Positions 56,890-64,000 of a stretch of 64,000 bases of DNA are shown in pieces. Under the pieces are notes generated by a model, which searched no databases, had not been told where the DNA came from, and saw nothing but the letters and a program-made list of their open reading frames with translations. The DNA is from Azolla caroliniana. Lineage: Eukaryota > Plantae > Polypodiophyta. The DNA lies in NCBI GenBank assembly GCA_043228905.1, contig JBHGNT010000005.1, forward strand, positions 14,942,001-15,006,000, in the 5' to 3' direction. How positions within the stretch are numbered: position 1 is the first letter of the stretch; every line of letters begins with the position of its first letter. The position numbers were made by a program, and so were the translations under genes.

Positions 56890-58129
56890 GTTCCACTACA
56901 TCAAAAACCAAAGTTCAAATATTTGCGTATTCTCATAAATTAAATGACATGTATCTAACTAATAAAACATTAAATTTCGTAAACCATACTTATGATTTGC
57001 CCACAAAAAACAAGCTAAACAAATAGCTAATTAGTTGTGCCCATTTTAGTAGCTAATTAGTTATAATAGTGTTTCCACTCGCATGCTTTTACCCTTCCGA
57101 ATATTTACTTTTACATGTTACAATGGCAAAATGGTATATATTGTTGTCTCTCATTATAATAAATTTTCTTCTAGACCATGTGCATTACCAATGTTTTGTT
57201 GTTCGAATATAGATACAAATTTACGCATTTTGAATGTTTTGATAACATTGGATAGTTGTCAATTACACATTGTAATGCAGTACACTAATGTTGCTTAAGG
57301 TCATGAATTCATGTTTAATGCGCAAGATGGTTCTTCTTACCACCATTATATATTGCTTTCGTATTTAGATTTTGATCATCAAAGAGATTTAGATTGTTAG
57401 AATGTTAGACTATTAGACTATTGGACTCTACAAAGTTTACCCAAAAAAATTTAGCCTAGGGTAAATCACACACAAACCAGAAGGTAAAGTTGAGCTTGGA
57501 ATGTTTAAGAACCACAAGTATTATTTGGGGATGAACTTAAACTTTATCATATAACCACCATGGATTAGATCTTCCAATTCAATATGAATTACTATAGATA
57601 TCAAGTTACATGGCCGCACCAAAAACTCATCAGAGTTTGTGTCTGGATATCAAATGTGTATACCAAGTTGAACCATATGTTAAGATATAACCACATTTTA
57701 TATTTAGGTATTATTGAGAACTACCCTTATTCAAAAATGTATACCAAATTAATAGACAATGGCAGAAATTTAAGATTTCTCAAATGTAGAAACCTTTGCC
57801 AGGTGGAACTATTAATTGCATTTGTTTATCCATATTTTCCACTAAAAAAATGTTCTTACAACATGTAAATCTCAACCAACTTCTCCAAATACACTCTTAT
57901 TTGAGTTAATGTTCGATTTAAGTTCGTTTTGTTTTGAGTAACTCCAAGTTTATAAATATGCATTCTATAGCTAGCAAACATCTCTCTTAGTGGTTAGTGC
58001 AAGTTAATATAAAAAACTTTAACTAGATTGAAAAACATGTGATACTAGTGTATCTGGTTTTTGTACACCGTCTAAATTTACATCAGTGTAGAAGGAGTCT
58101 AAACATGGAATGTGCTATCCTTCCACTTG

Positions 58130-58920
58130 TGAACACGAACATGTTAGTTGTTTTGTCAGCTTGGTCCGGCATGATTGATCCCCCTTCTTCCAGACGTTCC
58201 GCCTCACGCGTTTGAAACGTCTTGCCAATAGTAGAAGTTGTGTTCTCAGGGTTGTTCTTGGTTGTGTCGGCCTTGGCCGAATTAGCCTCGTCTTCCACGA
58301 CCTTGCCCCTTTCCTCCATCCGAATTTGAATAGAGCATGTGTCCTTCTTGCACATTACTCCTCGTTTGGACGTGATTTTCTTCGACCAATAGCATCAATT
58401 GGAGATCAAAGAATGAGGGAGGATTCTCCCTTGTGAGGACGAACGACCTTATTGCATTGAACCAAGGTGCTAGGCCACCGAGGCATATCTGCACCATTTT
58501 ATCGTCATCAATGTTGACATTGATCAACCCGAGGGAGTCACATAGCTCATTGATCTTGAATGTGTAGCTACCGATTGACATATCCCTTTGTTGTATGTCG
58601 TTTCCACTCTTGGCGGAGTTGAAGCTTTCGTGCAGTAGTGTTGGCCACGAAGATCTTTTTGAGGTTTCCCCATGCCTCTTTTGGCATTTTGGCCTCTCAG
58701 ATATAGTCGAGCATATGATCATGAACACATGATGCAAGGCAATACAGCACACGACTTGCCGCTTGCTCCCAAGCTGGGTGGTCGGCATGTGCCAAGTTTG
58801 GTTGATTTTGTTATGCTCCTTTGATGTAACTCCAATAGCCTTGGCTGACAAGGTATTGCCATAACACAAGAAATTATACTCTATAAGCTTCCTCGTCCAA
58901 GATCTGTAGCAGTAACCGAT
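58130..58920 (-). pseudogene. copia gag remnant
   Basis: KINELCDSLGLINVNIDDDKMVQICLGGLAP..PSFFDLQLMLLVEE..GRGRRG. Confidence 0.75.
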
Positions 58921-61110
58921 GGACTTTCTATTGCATTAGGAGATATTACTAAAGAATCAGAGCCTATTCATGTAGTTCTTGGTAATTTAGCTTGTGTAAT
59001 ATCTTTCAATATCATAAGTAGTCCTGAACATCCAATTGTTCTTGGGTTGCCTTGGTTCGAAATTCATAATCCAAAGATTTATTGGAAGAAGCGTGAAATC
59101 ATAGATTCACGAGACAACAACAATTCAAAGCTCCTCACCACATCAACCTCAAAGCTAAAACCAAGAGATATGTCAACTATCTCTCTCGAAAGATTACGTA
59201 AAGAAGCTACAATAGAAGACATGTTTGTGTTTGCAGTTGTCATAACCCCATTTTCAAACCCACAAGAGTCAGAGGTCCATTTACCATCAAAGTATCAAGA
59301 ATTTTCCTATGTGTTTCATAAGGTAAAGGCCACGACACTTCCTGATCATCGACCATATGATTGTCCCATTGATTTGCATGTTGAGAAGGAACCACCATGG
59401 GGACCAATTTATAACCTTTCGCCATCAGAATTGAAAGTTCTTCAAGAATATATTGATGAAAATCTTGAAAATGGCTTTCTTCGACATTCTCAATCTCCTA
59501 TTGGGGCTCCTATTTTTTTTGTTAAGAAGAAAGATGGCTCTTTACGTTTGGTCGTAGATTATCGAGGCTTGAACAAGGTTATGATTCGAAATAGATATGC
59601 TCTACCATTGATTCCAAATCTCTTGGAACGTGTCAGTGGGGCCAAATACTTCACAAGGCTAGACTTACAAGGAGATTACAACCTTGTTCATATTCGCTTG
59701 GTGATGAATGGAAAACTGCTTTTCGCACGCGATATGGTCACTTCGAGTACACAATAATGTCATTCGGTCTTACAAATGCTCCATCAGTTTTCCAACATAT
59801 GGCAAATGATATCTTTCGAGATTTCCTTAATATCTTCACAATAATTTACTTGGATGACATACTAATCTACTCAAAGACACAAGAGGAGCACGATCACCAT
59901 TTCCGACAAGTTCTGCAATGATTATGGGAATTTGGTCTTTATGCCAAACTAGAGAAATGTTGGTTTGACCGCAATCAAGTGGAATTTCTAGGGTATCTGG
60001 TCTCTCCGACAGGTATTTCTATGGATCCAGAGAAAGTACAAACGGTTCTAGATTGGAAGACACCAGGCTCAGTTCGCGACCTACAATGTTTCTTGGGATT
60101 TGGAAATTTCTACCGCAAGTTCATTAGGAGTTACTCAAAAGTTATTTTGCCCCTCACAGAATTAACACAGAAGAACTGACCATTTGTATGGACGTCAAGC
60201 GCAACCGATGCATTTGATAGCTTGAAGCAAGCATTTACATCTGCTCCCATTTTGGTCCACGTTGACCTTCAAAAACTGTTTATCATAGAAGCAAATGCAT
60301 CTGATTTTGCAGTAGGTAGTGTTCTATCGCAAATAGTGCATTATGAGAAATTGCATCCAATTGAACCTGCAGAAATCAATTATGAAATCCATGACAAAAA
60401 AATGTTGGCAATTGTTGATTCTTTCAAACAATGGCGTCACTTCTTGGAAGGTTCTCCCTACCAAATTGTTGTTTACAACGATCATAAAAACCTCACATAC
60501 TTTATAAATGCTCGAGTCCTAAATCGATGACAAGCTCGGTGACCACAATTTCTGACACAGTTCAACTTTGTGATAACATATCGACCAGGAATACAACAAG
60601 GTAAAGTTGATGCCTTATCAAGATGCTCTTATTTTGCACCAAAACCAGGGGACCCAACTTATGACCATCAAGAACAAGTCCTTTTGAGCCCTAGACATCC
60701 ACAATTAATGGTGACAAATGTTGCTGAGACAACTTTGGATTCAAAATTTCTTGACTCTATTCGCTTGAGCATTGGTTCAGATGATTTTGCACAAGATATT
60801 TTAGACCACATTGTTCCAGATCGTGCTTCTTGTTCACGCTCCAAGTTTTCTCGCAAGTTGGCATGATAGGTTGGTTTTTTGAAACAACTGTACTTATATT
60901 CCCAATGAACCTTCCCGACTTGAACTCTTGGATTTTTGCAACAAATGCAGATTCCAGCCAAGCTGTGGGAAGTCATCAACATGGATTTCATCGTTGATCA
61001 TCTTCCCTCCAAGGGACACAACATATTGATGGTGGTTCTAGATTTCTTCTCCAAGCAAGCCCATTTCATACCTGCAAAACCATTGCTTATAGCCAATCAT
61101 GTTGCATTAC
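58921..61110 (+). pseudogene. Ty3/gypsy chromovirus (Tcn1-like) PR-RT-RNaseH remnant plus an integrase fragment
   Basis: [98 protein letters not shown]. Confidence 0.88.
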
Positions 61111-61720
61111 ACCCGATTCTAGATGTATAGAGTAAAATCCGATGCAATGCATTGGATTTTCAACTGAAATTTGATGCATTGCATCGGATTCTAGATGTAT
61201 AGAGTAAAATTCAATGTAGTTCATCGGATTTCAATTGAAAATACAAGATTTTATTTTTATTTTATTTTTAAAATTCATGGGAAAAAATAAAAACAATTTT
61301 CCAAAAACCAAAAAAATAAATAAACAAACAAATCTTGGATTTTCATTTTACTCTAGATACATCTAGAATCCGATGCAGGGCATTAGATTTAAGTTGAAAT
61401 ACAATATTTCAGTGCATTGGATTCTAGATGCATAGAGTCAAATCCGATGCACTACATCGGATTTCAGTTCAAGATCCAATGTGGTACATCAAATTTTAGT
61501 TGAAAATCCAAGTTATTTTATTTTATTTTATTTTAAAATTTTTTAATTGTTTTCCATAAACAAAAAGGAAAAAAATTAAAAAAATCTTCAAATTTCAACT
61601 AAAACCCGATGCATTGCATCAGATTTTACTCTATACGTCTAGAATCCGATGCACTGCATCGGATTCTCGTTGTAAGTCTTGGATTTTCAACAAAAATCCG
61701 ATGTACTACATCAGATTCTT
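61110..61720. repeat. degenerate array of the near-palindrome AATCCGATGCA-N-TGCATCGGATT with T- and A-rich spacers
   Basis: For example AATCCGATGCACTGCATCGGATT at about 61642-61664; CTAGATGTATAGAGTAAAAT is repeated in both orientations. Confidence 0.8.
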
Positions 61721-64000
61721 GTTAAAAATATACTAAATTTCCACTAGTTTTCTATGTAGTTAGACCTCCATTTTGTGTAATTTCCACCACGTTTTTTGCT
61801 AAGAAATACGATTTTAGTGAGTCTCGTGAGAAATTAGTGACCTTTCAGCCGAAGATCCCCACTTTGATGAACAGAAGTGAAGTGACATTTCTTAAAGAGA
61901 AGTTGCATCGATCCTTGTTTGAATAAGTTGGTGATGGAACCAGTTATGGTCCTTGAATTCGTTGGAACATAAACACAAAAATTATAGTAAGTTAGAATGG
62001 AGTCTACTTTATGTGGAGGAGGATGGCGTATTCCTCCTGATATTCGCAACGATAGAGGGTAGAGGGAAGTTACAGTGAGGTAAAAGTTTCAACTATGGTA
62101 AATTGAGAAACATAGAGTATGAAGATAGTGATTCCCCCATATCTTCCTTGACCTTGAGAACTCAGTGGGTACATATTGTCCATTCTAGTTTGGGGTTTCT
62201 GCTTAGAGTAAATTTTTATTTTTTCTATCCATGGGTAAGATGTCATGTGTCACTAGTTACAAGGTTGTTCACAATTTCAGCATTCTAGCTTTCTAAAGTT
62301 AAGGTGGTTTACATTGTTATTTAAATTTTTTGTCTCGAAATATTACTAATTCAAGAATGTGACAATTATTCTAGTTACTCCTATAACGCTAGACAAACAT
62401 TAAAGAATTTTACAGTTAACCCATTCCACATGTATCTATTAAGAGCCTTTAAAGAATATATAGGAATTATTCAATATTTCCTTGTAACCTATTCCACATG
62501 TAACTATTAAGAACCTTTAAAGAATATGGGAACATTTCAATCTTCCATGTAACTGCAAACTCCATATAATTAAAAAATGCAAATAAAAAACCAAATATGT
62601 GAACTATCAATAGTCCCCTCTTCCATGGTAATGCATCCTTGTCCGAATCAAAGTTACAACAAGCTTATTCGGAAATTAAGTTCTAAACATGACAACAAGT
62701 TGAGAACCACGGTCTACATTTTGAGACAAATCAATAACATAGTGGATTGCATTTAATACTAAGAGACACATTCTATATATATAGACATATCAAGTAATGT
62801 ACCATGTATCAAAATCCTCATTTGCTAACCAAGCTCTATCTTCAACCAACTTATGGTATACATCATTAGTGTGCACCACAAATATTGATTTTCCAATACC
62901 AAATGATCAAGATTTTCTTGGTTCCTCCACCACCAACTCTGGAATCATGAAAACTAAGTTAGGGAATGTTGATATCCCTCTATTCACTCTTGTATTTCAC
63001 TTTTGTATCTATTCTATCCTCGCTTGCTCCCTCTAAATCACCATTGTAACTGATATGTAATTTAATTCATAGATTAAGGCCCATGTTACAAGCTAAGGGT
63101 TTGGAGGATCACATTATCTTTTGTATTGTGCTAGTAGGCAAAAAGATAAAGTTAGAGTTACCATGCAATGTTTCAATTCTTATGTACATGGAATATTACC
63201 CTCTGAATGTCCCTTCTCTCTTTATCCCACAATGCCCCCTTATGTTGGAAAGACGTATTTATAAATTCAATTTGATCAAGTAATGCATACGATAAGACGT
63301 TCTCTTTAACCATTCAAGTGTGAAGGGTATTTGCTTGAGAAGGCAATTAAAGTAATCAAAGTATATGTGTGAAAATATGGTTTATTTGCCCCTTCTCTTG
63401 AGCTAGAGAAGGCAGTTGACAAATTTGACATGTGGCAATTTACTTGTAACATTTTTGCTAGCTCCCATACTGAATTGAGTATTATGTTTTAAGAAACCAA
63501 ATAAGATGTTTACGTATGTAACTTTGGCTAAAATCAGAACAAAATTGTCGCCATCATGTGAACTTTTTGGAGAGAAATTTGGGAACTTTTTACAACTCAA
63601 AGGATTGCATGCATGTGATCACTCTCCAATAGAGTTTTTAATACAATATAAGAGGCATTTGAAAATAAATCAAAGAGAACTTTTTAAATGAATAAAAGAT
63701 GGTGGATAATATAGAACCATATTCACGAATTACATGTCGTGCAAAATGAGCCTAAACAAATACAGATTGTGCACACAGAAGTTGTCGTCGTAGCATTTTG
63801 GTTAGAAAGTGTTTTAAAATGTTTAGAACATTTATTCTACATTTTAGAATTGCCATTTTAAAATGTTTAATGTATTCTATGTATGTATTTAATAAGTATG
63901 TAACATTTACAACAAAAAAACTTAAACCTTTAAATTTTAAGGAGTCATCAATGTACATATTCTAAATGTACTTTTAAGTGTTTTATCTACAAAATATGTA

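Larger units (their letters stand above)
49826..57080. mobile_element. decayed Sola2-like DNA transposon with accessory genes; left end missing
   Basis: Transposase on plus, two accessory genes on minus, the TAGCTAATTAGCTA motif shared by both arrays and 57023-57062, and a candidate terminus ...TTTCCACTC at 57080. Confidence 0.6.

Noticed and set aside
61830-62220. Faint LINE ORF1-like wording on the plus strand
   Set aside because: Too degenerate to support a call by eye.

Overview
Eukaryotic, repeat-dense plant genomic DNA; the transposon lineages suggest a non-seed plant such as a fern (inference). One intact host gene is present: a 12-exon full-size ABCB/P-glycoprotein transporter on the minus strand (9320-15678, 1313 aa). 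The rest is nested mobile DNA. (1) Several Ty1/copia remnants, one with a divergent internal duplication. (2) A near-full-length L1-type LINE with an intact ORF2 whose 5' end, including the start of ORF1, is inverted as expected from twin priming. (3) Three members of a GC-rich Ty3/gypsy family; the two complete copies have a tRNA-Trp PBS and 4-bp CG-centred target duplications, and the intact copy has a candidate -1 frameshift signal (G-GAU-UUU-UAG plus a pseudoknot) between gag-PR and pol. (4) A cluster of decayed host-gene fragments (RPP3, SAM synthetase) embedded in CA/TA-rich DNA, possibly Helitron cargo. (5) A decayed Sola2-like DNA transposon with two convergent accessory genes and arrays of the palindrome TAGCTAATTAGCTA that appear to lie in its introns. 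(6) A Tcn1-like chromovirus remnant. All calls were made by eye from the sequence and the ORF track; no database searches were run.
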